The notes: generated from the sequence alone by a model not told the origin. A DNA stretch of 64,000 bases from Phoronis australis (GCA_002633005.1 NMRA01000170.1:282129-346128); one strand, 5' to 3'; positions 1 to 13,900 are shown, counted from the stretch's first letter. A program made the numbers and translations.

Positions 1-3000
1 GGGGGGGGGGGGGGAGGGGGCGTGGCCCCCTTGGCGACCCTCTAAATCCGCCAGTGATCAGAAAGTTCCATATGAATACAATCGGTCATTTCTGAGGTAT
101 GATGTTATAAGCTGCCAAATTTGGACATTTTCCAGGGTCCTACATAACCTGAAGTTTTTTTGGCCCCCTTCCTCAACAATGTGACATGTGCCCTGAGTTC
201 ATGCATTTAAAAGTGGTCTATAGGTAAACTGGAGTAACATGGATTTTATCAGAAAGATGCCCTTTATTATGCAGCTGTGTTGATGAATTTATCCACTCAT
301 CCATCCCTCTTGCTAAATCTGCATGTAAGGTTAAATGTGCACAACACACCCAGCACATACTCTTGCAATGCTTGGAAATTAGCTGGTTGGGTTTCTCAGA
401 AACTGTGGTAGTTAAATACCCATTAACATGTGTTTATTGGATGTATTTATGATGCAAAAAGTGACTGTTGATACCATTATTGTCAACACTCACTGGCTAG
501 TCATTCTCAGTTTCAGCTGAACCCCATTTTAACTGTAGAGCTTGACTGTCAGAAGGATTAAAAGGAAATTGAAGCATTCTGTTGTAACTACCGCACAAGG
601 TGAAAATCTTGTTGAAATCTTGTGAAATACCATTCAAAGCATTTGTTCTTTGATTTGTTTAAATACACATGCGAGTGACGCTAAAGGTCAGATTACCCCT
701 TAGGACTTTTGGTTGATATTTTCATTCTCGCATCAGTCCACCGAGCTTGGTCTTGTCTGATGTACAAGGAAATGGGTGACAACCCAATTGAGGGATATTC
801 CAGTTGAGAAACATATGTCATTATGACTTACCTGTTGAGAGCGTGCACAAGGCATGCAGTAACCAATTGGTAAAAGTTTTGGCCAATTAGTTGCGAATCG
901 CAGCACATTGTCTGATCTCCGACCTAAATGCAGAATGCGGCACGACACTGGATACTGGTCTGGACACCGACTTGTTTCCCAACTCTAACATTGTCATGGG
1001 CAGTTTTAAGTGGAACACTCAGCAGTTACTGTCTGATGACTAGTCATTAGACAAGTCAGTGTCTAGATTAACCTAAATAGGGTTTGGTGCTTTATGGCTT
1101 TGCTACTGGCAGGTGCAGTTCACAAATGATTGTAACATAAGTCTTTGTTTACCTGTCATTTGGATATGATAGATTTCATGTTTAACTACCATTTAGACTC
1201 ATTTTCCCCAGTTTTTGATGTCATAAAATGCTTCATTTTTTGCATTCATTGATCATGGGTGCTGGTAGAAATTGACACATTTGTCGAAGTAAATTTGTTT
1301 TCAAGTGAACAGCCTTCAAAATTATTTGACTACAATCGCTTTTAATAATTTTCTGACTCCATTTCTGAGATGGTATTCATTGCACAATTTTTTAAAGGCA
1401 TAATTTTCAATATGCAACATTCAGTTCTTCAAACTAGAGACAAGTGGAAATCTATATGTTCCAGTTTCGCCAGAAAAATAATCTTCAAATCTGTTACCAA
1501 GTAATATTTGGTCAAATTCTGAGCTTTTTCATTACATAACGAAGTAAATCCCTGAAAACTGGAAAAATGATTATTTTAGCAGTTATTTTTGTTCCGAAAG
1601 TGAAACTCTTTACCTCTTGTATTTTGAAGCTGAATGGCGAATATTGCTGTCGTTTCTAACTTAGCGTGCACTGGCAAACATCATCAGTGCATATCTTGTG
1701 AGATTTAACATTTCCTGCCCTGAGATTGCTGGAATGACTGTCACAGCCTTAGGGACTCTTCTGTGTCTCAGTTAAAGTGAACGGTTTTGCCATTCTTGAA
1801 CTGTATTACTGCATCAGCAACTGCTTAACTCTAGCGTGCAACGCAATCAAGGTATCGTGGAATAAATTACGTGTGGTAAAGATTATTAAATTATGGTCTA
1901 TCTTAATGGCTTGTGAGATGTTATTTTCCACTTTTCGAATGCTTAACCACTTCAAATAGCTTATGCCCGAGCAAAGCCTGCATTGCTTCTAAATGCCGTA
2001 ATAATGGTTGTGCAAAGTACACGTCGCTAATTTGAAGTTGAATAAGTCCCACAAAATACTAAGACTGATTTCAAATATCCAGCAGTTCTGACCGTTACAG
2101 TCTCAGCCGCAACATTTTTGCATACTAGCACGGTGTATGCAGTACTTGCAGAAATTGAGCATTGACACCAAGTGACACACGCACACAGGCACATTGGTTA
2201 CTGGCTGATTTAATAAACATTGTTCAGAAATACTCAAATTTTCACCAAATGCTGTTGAATGATAAGTCTTCGGTATAACCATACTGACAAATAACCTTGT
2301 CCTGATTTAGAACAGCACCACTCGGTTATTTACCCACAATGCAACATAAGCAGATAACACTTGTCCTTCACTAGTCACTTCCTGGTCTCATAATTGTTAT
2401 GTAATTTATCATTGTTGTTCAAGCAAGCTTGTATTCTGTTACCAAGAAATTGACAAAAGGTCAAAGGTCAATGCTGGATGCCCGATGTAGTGTTCTTCTC
2501 TTGTTAACCAACTGTGGAGTGCCTGACATTTTGAAAACTAGGTCAGTCATGCAATACATTTTTCTACCTCCCTGAAAGAGGAGAGCTATTAAAAACTGGG
2601 ACTATTACTTACCGTATGTACCGAATTCAATGCATTCAAATATGGTGCTGCATTATGTGTAAAACAATCTGGGCCATATTTGGAAATCTTCGAGCCATGT
2701 TTAAAAAGTTCTGAGCTATGTTTAAAATCTTGAGCCAATATTTTTTAAAAAGTTCAGAGCTGTCAGTGTTTAAAATCTTGAGCCATGTTTGAAAAGCCTG
2801 GGCTTCACATGACAAATGATAGAAATAGTGGCACATTTTTATCCTAAGTTGTTGTAAAAATAGTAATTTTGCATAAATATACATTATTACATGGCAAAGT
2901 CACTACCACCCCCCCCCCCGTAATCTAGAGCCGGAGGGGATTTTGAAGAATTATCCTACAAAATCCACAAGGGCTCTAGATAAAGGAAATATCGACAGAA

Positions 3001-4308
3001 CATGTAATTATCTATTTGACCATATACTGAACGATAAACGTTGCAATGAATCGATCTACCTTTTTCAACTCACCTCGGATTTGTAACTACTTTCTGCGCC
3101 AGAGGCCTGGGGTCAGAGGTCGTGACCTTTTAAGAAACTCCGAGTTATTCTTATTACAATAATTTTTTACATAAAACCAATTGAAAATTTAAACAAAATG
3201 GAAATAAAGTGAATCTGTAAAATAAGTTTTAAGCAACTAATCTTGCTTATGCCAAGCTTTCACCATGAAAATATTGTTTGCTAAAGTAGTGGTTACTGAG
3301 TATGTCCAAGTCAAACGATCCCGACGTGTTACCCGCATCTTAACTGGAGATTGATGATTGACAAGCGAGAGAAAATGACAGATAAATTTTACTGAATTAC
3401 AGATGTCGTTTTTATTGAAATTGCACGTCTTATTTTTCACAGCAAATAAATGTCGGTACAATGCCGTTTGTTGTTTGTTTATTGGGTGTCCTCATTTAAG
3501 TATTCTGTTTTCACATACGATAACGTCAGCAGCTAAATGGCACAGCGGTTAAGTCAAAAACTAGCGAAGCGGGTTTGAATCCGGCCTTGGTTCCCGCCAA
3601 AATGTTATTCAACACGCGTTGAATAACTAAATGGGTTAATCAATGGTTGTATTGGCCATGTCAGGCTGATAATGTGGTATAAAGTGCATTACTCACCAAG
3701 TGAAAATATTGTGTAACTATTTGTTCCTGTGAATCAGCAGAAAGCAAGATGAGACGCGAAAACTTGATGTGCAAATTTCCTCCTTTTTTGATTTTTGCTC
3801 TTAGGAAAACCCTTGTAATTTTGTTAAGAAGTTAATCAAATTTCCGTTTTCCGTCATGTTGTTTACCCCGAATTTAAAAAAATGTTCAAAATCATGTTCT
3901 GTTTATCACCAGCTGTTTTGCCATTCTTTCTGTAACACAGCTTGCGCGCATCATGTCTACAGCTTTTGAAAAAAACAATGTTCAATGTAATCTCCAAACA
4001 ATGGTAACATAAAGACGTGTTCTTAGCTGATAAGCCCGAAAATGTCTGTGTTCAGTCTGAACTAAAATTTGCATATCCATAAAGTTGATGTGTTTATTGA
4101 GCATTGGAATCTGTCTGCAATATTTCTTCTCACTCTTGCCTTATATAAATGTTGAATGTGCTGGCGGGTCCGCGAAGGGATAATTTACACCTGCAGCTAG
4201 TTTGATTCCTCACCAACAGACTTGCTTCAAAATGAAAAATGAAAACTCCAGCATTTTAGCCTGAGGCATATTCAGTCTTCTGGGTATTGACCTCACTCTG
4301 TTCCTGTG

Positions 4309-4463
4309 TATACCAGCCTCCCATTCAGTAACGCTAGGACCTCGCTAAAAAGCAAGACTTGGCAAGATTACATGAGATATTGCCGTGTATTTTAAATGAG
4401 AACACGTGACTTTGACTAGATTTTAGCTAGGTCCTAGCATCTGCTGAACGCACGCCAGGTATA
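4309..4463. repeat. Short palindromic element (MITE-like hairpin)
   Basis: gctaggacctcgctaaaa (4333-4350) pairs with ttttagctaggtcctagc (4421-4438); imperfect complementarity continues out to tatacc...ggtata. Confidence 0.6.
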
Positions 4464-4622
4464 TACTAGTACTAGTAGGGTGGAAGTGCTTTGTGTAATC
4501 TGTGCAGGACAAGGTAGTAGACTTACTTCTTTGCAATCGTTCTCTCTTTGTAAGTGTGTTTACTGCCAATGTTGAGTAACAGAAGTGTGAAGTGTGTTGG
4601 TTAACTCGTGTTCTGTGTTACT

Positions 4623-5106
4623 GTGCTTTCCCAAACTGGAGGCAAAGCTTTGCTTTTTACGAAGTTCGAGAAGTGGGAAAGGTTAGTTCCTGAAGTTACG
4701 TAAACTGCCAGCGAAACTTTGCTAAAAATAGTAGGACTTAAAAGCGAAGCTTCGGTACTCACTGGAACTTTGATGTAGTGGGAAAGCTCAGAGCGAAGTT
4801 ATCAGTAGAGGTCGCGGCAACAATATCCGGTCATGGGAGACTCAATGAGATATCCCGCAAGAGAATGCACATCCGATGAAGAATAACGCTGATCATTTTA
4901 ATTAACACTGGTAAACGTGGGGAGAACAATTTTTCAGTTTGCCTCGAACCCACCACTCAATGTTCGTTTAAAGAGTACTAATGAACTGTGCCATCTAGTA
5001 CTTACTCTGTTGTCTAGCGATAACTTTTATGTCGCTGTCGAGTGGGAAAGGTATGCGAAGTTTTGGTGAAGCTTCGGTAAACCAAAGTTCCATTAATGAG
5101 AACGCA
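4623..5106 (+). mobile_element. Non-autonomous DNA transposon (MITE; possibly PIF/Harbinger-like), copy 1
   Basis: Starts gtgctttcccaaa and ends aatgagaacgca, with repeated gtgggaaag and cgaagcttcggt motifs. Both ends are homologous, in inverted orientation, to 7309-7773. Superfamily is inference. Confidence 0.55.
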
Positions 5107-5434
5107 TGTGGGGAGCCCTGTGTGTCCTGAGTGTGGTACTGACGTAGAATCTCCTAAACACCTGATAGAGTCTTGCCCAGCTTTTTATAGGCTAAGGAGC
5201 AACCTACTGGATGGCACTGTTACATGCCTACAACATGCATTGCATGGCAACAAATGGAAACGTCTGTCCGTTTTCCTAAAGGAGACTGGTAGACTTGAAA
5301 ACTTTCTTCACGAGGAGCCATAATTGGTGTCTCGTGCTTTTGCTCAGGTGTTTTGTGCAATGGGCCCAACCACGAGGCCTGCACACGTCTGATTCACCGC
5401 AAATGACATCAGACCACCTGCACTGTTTTTTTTT
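5107..5434 (+). mobile_element. 3' end of a 5'-truncated non-LTR retrotransposon (ORF2 C-terminal CCHC zinc knuckle plus 3' UTR)
   Basis: CPECGTDVESPKHLIESCPAFYRLR...LSVFLKETGRL matches the CX2CX8HX4C knuckle and FLxxTGRL ending typical of I-group LINE ORF2. The 3' UTR motif caggtg..gtgcaatgggccc..gaggcctgc.cacgtctg..tcagacc.cctgca recurs inverted at 46037-46125. Confidence 0.75.
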
Positions 5435-6035
5435 ATGTGGTACTTTCGGTCTTCGGTTGCGGGACATAATCTGATCTTGTATTTTTGAACTCACAGTAGA
5501 TTATAAGGTCAAGGAATGTAATTGTTTCTGTTTTGCTCTGGAGTCTTGTTTTGAAACTTGCTTCCCCCGTAATGAAGAAATACCTTTCACTTTTAGAGAA
5601 GTACAACGTATTTTGGACGCTCTGATTGATTTCAAGTATGTTCCGATACGGACTAATTTTAACATATTGAATGCCACAACTGCCTATGCAGCATTTTCCT
5701 AGATTGTGGGTAGTGACACAAACATACATGCACACATCCATGAACACAGGTTTCTGCGCGTACACGCACGCACACATACACACATCTTTTTTAGTAAAGA
5801 TCATTTTTCAAAAACTTCACAAATTTGTCTTTAGAGGGTATTTTTTAACACAATGGGCTGAAAACTTGAAGTTAAAGAGCTCCCTGAATCACAGCATCAG
5901 ATCTCACAAAACATGTTCCATGCATTTCCCACTGCACGGAAGTATCCAAAGCTGGTGGCTGCTGCCGATAAAGTGAGTATTTTGATAAGCCTGATTTAAA
6001 AAGCTAAAATTAATTAGAGAAATTAAACTGAACAA

Positions 6036-6124
6036 ACAGTGGGACGGGCTGACAGTGGGAGGGGCTGACAGTGGGAGGGGCTGACAGTGGGAGGGGCTGA
6101 CAGTGGAAGAGGCTGACAGTGGGA
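6036..6124 (+). repeat. G-rich 16-bp minisatellite (acagtgggaggggctg) x5.5
   Basis: Units read directly at 6036, 6052, 6068, 6084, 6100 and 6116. Confidence 0.95.
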
Positions 6125-7308
6125 TTGATTTCTCTGCTTTTGAATTAATAAACCACTATTTGTAATTGAATTTTTGTCTACCGAATCAGTGTCAGTATCA
6201 ATCTGAAGTCAATTTCGTGCTCTCATTACTCCAGAGAGCACCGATATGAAAACTCCTCTATTCAGCCAAGCCTTTAGTAGTATGGCTGTGCCAGGCTGAG
6301 CCATACATGTTGTGAGGGAAGTTTTGGACTATAGGAACTAAGGATTTTTGAATCCATATTTTAATTTGCTTACTTGTCACTTTGTATCATGACATTTTCA
6401 GGAGATAAGAAATAAATAATAATCCACACACAGTCAAGATGCCTTGTTGATTTCTTGCAAACTATAACTTTGCAATGAATGGACAGATTTTTATCTGTTG
6501 TCTCTTGACCGTTGCCATTTTTGTTGTCACCTTAGGAGTTCTCATGGACTGGCGGACAGTTGTGAGTTGTATGTCAACCTTTTCATCAGCCTCATCTCCA
6601 AGCCTCATGATGGCGCTGATCGGTTCAGCCATTCGAGGCTTGGTTTACATGGGAAATGAAATTTGTCAGAATTATGACACATTTTTACAAAAATCGCCGG
6701 AATTTCACAAGTAATATAAAGTTATATCAAATTTGAAATTTTCTTCAGTACAATATAAGAATGAAAAGTAATGGTATACTGCAGCAATTTAGGTCTAAAT
6801 TATTGCAAAAATGACGTATTTTGATTCCAAAACAGATTAATTTCTGTGATGCTATTAATAAAAAAGAATTGAAAATAAGTATGCCAACAACCTTTATTTC
6901 AAACTATAACCAAAACAATGCTTTCTGCTTCATGAATGGCAACAAGAACGCTTGTAAATATAATAAAAATCTGCCTTAGTTTTACTGACGTCTGGGCAGC
7001 AGTCAATCATTGTGCAGTGGCCTCAAATGGCTAAACCGTTCAGCGGCAACTTGAGACTAGGGGACGAGGCTGCATTTTCATGTGATACGGCACTTTATGT
7101 TTCAATGGACTCATGGGGTGCATCGGTTGAAAACCCTGATGTCAGGTAGCTAAATTCTTACAAAGGTTGGTTTTTATGATTGTTAATTTGAATTAGAAGA
7201 GTTTCAAGACATAACACAAACAACTTTAAGTGCATTGTAAAACCTTTTTAGTCAGTGAGGAGTAATTAATTGTATCTATTGCGTAATTTGTTTCTCGTTC
7301 CACTTAAC

Positions 7309-7773
7309 GTTGCTTTCCCATTAGGGGAACTTCGGTTTCCGTCTATTGATCAGGGCTTGGAATTTTTCTTTTTTAAGAGGATTTCCTCTTTCCTGATTTT
7401 GATTTCCTCATTTTTGGCTTTGATTTCCTCTTATTTGATTTCCAGTTTCCTCTTTTTTGTCTATTGTTAATCATTATTTTGACTTTACTCATGCAAAAAC
7501 GTTTATTTCAGTTAAATTTTACACACAAACCTATTAATTTGTGGAATAAGATATCACCTGGAAAATTTTCCTCTTTTTGTCATTGGTCATTCTAAACCCT
7601 GATTGGTAACTTCGACGAAGCTTTGTTCTGATTGTTGCTGTGTACCAAAGCTTCACCTTTAAATCCTTCTATTTTCAGCGAAGTTTTGCTTGCAGATTAA
7701 TTACCGCTGCTAACCTTTCCCACTTACCGAAACTTCGGTAAAAGCGAACTTTCGCTTCTAACAGGAAAGCACC
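7309..7773 (-). mobile_element. MITE copy 2 (inverted relative to 4623-5106), interrupted by a second element
   Basis: Begins tgctttcccattaggggaacttcgg and ends cggtaaaagcgaactttcgcttctaacaggaaagcacc, the reverse complement of the 4623 start. Confidence 0.55.
7351..7601. mobile_element. Nested hAT-like MITE (CAGGG termini)
   Basis: TIRs cagggcttggaat / attctaaaccctg (11/13 match); internal gatttcctc repeats; flanks attgat / attggt. Confidence 0.55.
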
Positions 7774-9389
7774 ATTAGACATTTTCATTGCCCTAATGGA
7801 TACATGTCCCAAGGGTAACTGGGCATATTTTTTGTGTCAATGTCAATTAAATGTGCCCAAGTGAGACTTTTTTGTCATTTTGCAGAAATAGTTACAGGGC
7901 GTTTAAGACAAATTTCTGACTTAAGCTGTTTTCATAGAACAGTCTGTGGAGCTTGCACCATCGTAGCACATGTCAAATGTACCTTCACTAGACAGACCCC
8001 ATAAAGGTACCAGCATACCTCATACCCTAGTTTATTTACTCTACCTGCATATAAATTGCTTTTAATTGGTTCTCTGCTTGCTGTCTTTCATGTAGTGCTC
8101 ACTTAAGGGCCTTTCGCACTGAGGATTTAGTACTGCGGGCTAACATTCTATCTCGATCAGTAGCGTTTTAGATCCAATGTGAAAGGTGATTTAGTACGGT
8201 ACTAAAGTTAGTACGCTCAAAAAGATTGGATTAGCGAGCTTACTTAAGTTGGTACTATCACATAAGTACACTGCAAAAAGGTTTGGTCTGGACCATTTTG
8301 CTTGACCATCCTGAATTATCCCCCCTCTTCACGTGAGTTGGGAGTTCTTCCAGCTATCTGACACACTCTCGAGGTCGTTGAGCCATCTGTTCACTGTACA
8401 ATTTTAAAGTTAAACATGTCTTAAAATAAGAATAGAAGTCATGGCTTTTGGTTGTAGGATCCGTACTGACTGGCACAGTGTAGTGACATCACAAGTACGG
8501 TGAAACTCTAAAGTTGGAATGATGGAATGTGTAACTGGGTTTAGTGAGAAAGGTGACATTGAATTATCACGTTGATCTAGAATGTTTCCACCACACACTC
8601 GTCCGGGCTAACTTTAATGCGAAAGCAGCTTAAAGTGATACGTGGCATGGATAGACAAGTGAAAGGAGTATTGATGAAACATTGAAATACAGTTTGAAGG
8701 AAATCTGATGTTTACGATGAGTAATTAGGCATGTACTGTATGATAAGTCTTCACTTATTTCGCATAAAAAATAATTTAAAATTGTCATTTCTATTTTTCA
8801 AAGGCTGAACAAAACAAAAATTTATGCGAAGTTCTTTTATAGGATCTTCACAGGAACAGGCTGTGGTAGTACTAGACTAAAATTTTCTTAAATGTTTTTG
8901 TGGAGAAATTTGACAAAATAGAAATTCATTTGTCTGCCATACTGTGCACTAAATAATTGAAGATTTGCCATAGTTCTTTACCTGTATTTAACATCCAAGA
9001 TGGCATTACTAGTAATTATTTCTTGAAACTATTTTGTGGTTGGCACTGAACAGTATCCTGAAACAATATTTAATATTGACACTTTGACACTATAGTTATT
9101 ACCATACTTAATGTCCAGGAACTTAAACGAATTGCAATGGAAGTTACTACCCACAGGTAAAATTCTGTTTTGTCAAACTACGAAACAAAAATAGACATTG
9201 CAGCCTATTACTTGCATGATTTGCAACTTAACGGTATGTAGACGTGGTAAAATAACAATTTGGTAAAGTTTATATATTGAGTAGTAAGGTACACTCAGCC
9301 TTTGAAGAATGGAAAATGAGACTTTTGACAACTAGTTTTGTTGGAAATAAGTGGACAATTGCCATACTCAGCTACTCATGAATTTGGTC

Positions 9390-9756
9390 TTAATACCATT
9401 CCCCACAATATTAGAAAATGACCACCATCCCCAAAGAGACCATCCTGGGCTCTAGCAAAGAAGATAGTGTCAACTGTGGCTGGGTTGGCCACCCACTGGG
9501 ATACTGGATGCTAATACATAATCGAAGGTTGGACATCTTTCAGTTGTTGACTACTATGGCAAGGGAAATTGTGAGACTTAAAAATTTATCAAGGTTTCTG
9601 TTATAAACTCTGTGTTTAGGTCGTGATCTGGGATGGCAGGCATTTTTATGCCACATTTCAAATAAATTTGTAGTCAATGGCAAAGGTCAAATTAACCTTT
9701 ATGGAAAGCACTATAGACATATTGGTTCCAAAATACATACCTCACTACTGAACAAC

Positions 9757-9803
<47 letters not shown>

Positions 9804-10989
9804 TGGCTGAACTGTGAAAGGGATGTGTTGTATAGGTGCAACCCATATTCATTATTGTTGTAAAAACAAGACCTTCTGTCCAGCTGCCTGTAAAGACGCA
9901 TTTCAAGTGTTGCTAATACAAATTGAAATGAATAGTATCTACCCAATATATGAATGTTGTCTCCAAGGCTTCTAGAAAAGAATTCCATTNNNNNNNNNNN
10001 NNNNNNNNNNNNNNNNNNNNNNNNNNNNNNNNNNNNNNNNNNNNNNNNNNNNNNNNNNNNNNNNNNNNNNNNNNNNNNNNNNNNNNNNNNNNNNNNNNNN
10101 NNNNNNNNNNNNNNNNNNNNNNNNNNNNNNNNNNNNNNNNNNNNNNNNNNNNNNNNNNNNNNNNNNNNNNNNNNNNNNNNNNNNNNNNNNNNNNNNNNNN
10201 NNNNNNNNNNNNNNNGAAATGTGGGTACGGAAATAACCGATGACAACCGGTAATCATACGCTCAGAGAGAAGGGTCAAATACTGTTAAAAAATCGCTTTT
10301 GGCAAGAAAGGCGAAAAGAATGTAAAGAAAGGGTGTCAAAAATAAGAATTTATGTAGTAAGTATTTTCGGATACTGGAACCACATGGGCAGTTTGCAAGA
10401 AGGACTTTAATACCATTCCACACAATGTTAGAAAATGACCACCATCCCCAAAGAGACCATCCTGGGCTCTAGCAAAGAAGATAGTGTCAGCTGTGGCTGG
10501 GTTGGCCACCCACTGGGATACTGGATGCTAATACATAATTGCAGGTTGGACATCTTTCAGTTGGTTGATTACCATGGCAAGGGAAATTGCGAGACTTAAA
10601 AATTTATCAAGGTTTCTGTTATACACTCTGTGTTTAGGTCGTGATCTGGGATGGCAGGCATTTTTATGCCACATTTCAAATAAATTTGTAGTCAATGGCA
10701 AAGGTCAAATTAACCTTTATGGAAAGCACTATAGACATATTGGTTCCAAAATACATACCTCACTACTGAACAACTTGTGTGTGTGTGTGTGTGTGTGTGT
10801 TTTTCCTGAACTGTGAAAGGGATGTGTTGTATAGGTGCAACCCATATTCATTATTGTTGTAAAAACAAGTCCTTCTGTCCAGCTGCCTGTAAAGACGCAT
10901 TTCAAGTGTTGCTAATACAAATTGAAGTGAATATTATCTACCCAATATATGAATGTTGTCTCCAAGGCTTATAGAAAAGAATTTCCATT
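9390..10989 (+). repeat. ~600-bp direct duplication straddling an assembly gap (9390-9989 and 10407-10989), each copy with a (GT)n microsatellite
   Basis: Near-identical sequence with scattered SNPs and different (GT)n lengths (9758-9800 vs 10777-10800); copy 1 ends exactly at the N-run. Confidence 0.9.
9990..10215. other. Assembly gap (N-run)
   Basis: Run of N. Confidence 1.
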
Positions 10990-13900
10990 ACATATTAAAA
11001 TGATACACACTTTTAAGTATTATTCATTGAAAATGTCAATATTGCTTGTGCTCACTGCCTTGTGAAAACAAATTGTTCTTATATTTGCTGCTAGGTTCAT
11101 TCATGATTTATTTCGGGTACAGCTGTTTTTGCACCAATACAAGTCAGGCTTAGCCTAAACACTGCTCACTGGACAACTTGGCAGTCAGGACTGTTGAGCT
11201 TCTTGACATGTATTTTGGGCATCCTTGATGACTGTCAGATGTTCAAGTTCCGGATGACATCAGTTGAATCATGCTCACATGCTAGTTATATTCACATTAG
11301 AGCTGTTCCCACGTGAAATTTGCCTGAAATATTTTTTTTCGGGCAAATTTGGGCAAATTTGACCCTTATTTATTCCGTTAACAAACAGATATAATACGTA
11401 TTCTCATAAACAGCTAACCAGGGCCTTTTCAAGGAGCCACAAATCTTGTTGATTTTTTCGCAAAAGATCAGTAACACGAAATAAACGTTACATATCATTT
11501 TTACAGATCTACACGGTTGTTCCCACCAGACAATGATATTGAGAAATTGTGAGCATTTGTAACAATGTAAGAAGCCTTTGAAAATGAAAAAAGAACAATT
11601 TTGGCAATTGTTGTTCTCTGAAATTGGTGAGATTCTACCCTAATTAATTATTCAAAGAACTTAATTAATTTTGAAAGGGCCTGCTGTTATTGTCGTTGTG
11701 CTGAGTTGCCTGAGGTATTAGTAAGGTAGTCAATGATGCTCAGCACTGTTAACAGAACATTGATTTTCTCACTAAGGCGTCATTGATAGACATTTTCTTC
11801 CCATGGACCTGGAGAGGCAAATATTGGGGCACACGTCCTTTTAGAGAGCAGATGGGATTAAATCCGTCTTGTCTGTAGTGAGACAAAAATTCTCCTGTCA
11901 GAGTTGTGATTCAGAGATGCTACCTTTTTGTTTTTGTGACTTCCAGACTGATGGTCCTTGTAGGAAAGCCTATCAGGAAAGGTGACTTTTTTAAAAATCA
12001 ACCCTCCCATTTGACATGTTTTTGTTTGTAGTTTCTGTGGGGCAGTCCCAGGTGTCCTTAAATGCATTAGTCTTTGCCTTCTTGGCAGTCAAAGTAATAC
12101 CAGCCGTAGAGAAAATTCTACGTTTTTTTGATACCAGTCCCAAGATGGACTTGAATTCACATCCTCATAGATCATAGTGGACCCCTTTGCAATAACAGTG
12201 CTTTACTACACTCTGCCATTTACAGTGTCCTGCTTTGGTAATTTTCATTGTTCAAGAACCAATGGGTTAATAGGGGACAAATCCATCTGCCATATATAGG
12301 ATATCTGGTATCAGATGTGTAATCAGCTTTTAATAATAACAGTAGCCATTCACAACACAATGGCCAATGATTACATAGACTGCTTATTTAGGTGCTGGCA
12401 TTAAAGTGATACCTGAATGACCATATACTGTGTCATAGGTGACTGGACTGTTTCTCAAGGGAGGTTAAATGCCGCTCAACATGGCACATATCTGCGATGG
12501 TGCTTGTCACTCTTTGAACTACCAGTACACTAACATAAACTGCCCACCTGTTTGTGACTGTCTTGTTCAAAATATCACTTCTTAAGCTATTGCCTAATTC
12601 TTGTTGGTTTTTAGATATATTACAGTCGTAAAGAAAATTCCCTTTTAGAAGAAGTGTTGAAATTTTTAAATTAAGTTTATGTTTTAAATGATGTGCCTGC
12701 ATTTTTTTATTGGTGTACACACTGCAAACATTATTACCTTTTCATAGTTGGGGTTCATCAGCAGTTAATCCAGTGTGCAGTTTTGGATGTTTTCAATTAC
12801 CAAAATAATCTTTGTCCAGTATGAGGACTTTCGCATTTAACCATGTCGCATTAATGGTCACACGAACCAAGAACTCCCCCTGCCACCTAGTGGGTACTTT
12901 ACAGCATTGCTAACTGGCAAAGGAGATCGTTGATCTAATGAAAATGGAACACAGTGACCCTGCCTTCTCGCCCACTGTAAAAATTCTGCAGTTCGGAGAA
13001 GCAAAGTATTCAACACTAGTCTTTATCATTGCTCATGCGAGGTCATTTTCAGACTTTGTTGTAAGCAAAATCAAGCATTGTCTGGAATTTAAGAAATAGG
13101 ATTCATGCAAAATCAGGAAAATTCAATTTCAGTTTGGATTTCAGGGTCCAAACTTTGGAGACTGTCCCAAACTGGAGAATTTTCGCCTTACAGTGTAGAA
13201 AGAATCTTTAGTATCAACAGTGTTCTGATCACTTGCTGTTGAATCAGGAAAATCTTCTGACAGCTTGTTGCCTTCCTTTTCAAAAACTTCTCAGATTGCT
13301 GTCAGTGGACTGTAAAAGCTGACCTGCTGGTGAGTCTTTGCACTGGATGTTTTATCTCAGCAACAGGGTTTTCATCTGCGGTTTGAAGATCAAAAACATC
13401 AAGTTAGCTGGGCCTGCGGTACTGTTTGGTGAGTGCAGATTTTAGATAACTATTCCGTTTGCAAGAGCATTTTTGATAACATGCCAAAATGATAATTCTC
13501 CAACTGTACAAGTGGTTGCTGGACAAGAAAAATCTTCACTTGCCTTTGAGTATGGAGACGATGTTATTTTGAAGTCTCATCTGTAATGTCCACATTTAAG
13601 GACCATATTGACAAGTATGTGTATTGAGTTAAATATCTACAAACTCGATTTTAACTCCCTACAATTGTATGTTTTCTGAAAGTCAAAACCTGTAGAATTT
13701 AATTTACCATTAATTGGATCATGTCTTTTTAACAAAGTGTTTTGGAACTCTACACCAGTGGTCTCGGCCAGACTGGAAAATGTGCGACCATCAAGTAAAA
13801 TGTGGTCATCTGAATATTAGCTTGTTTTTCTTGTTTCAGGAGGTGGGATGTATTTAGAAGGGAATTTTGCACGTGTATACGGAGTCCCTGATTTTTCGCG

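Noticed and set aside
3528-3592. tRNA-like A/B boxes (tggcacagcgg ... ggtttgaatcc); similar on the minus strand near 12135-12220
   Set aside because: No complete cloverleaf; at most decayed tRNA-derived SINE heads.
9692-10278. Long ORFs spanning 9692-10278 and 47276-47522
   Set aside because: They are open only because of N-runs and a (CA)n microsatellite.
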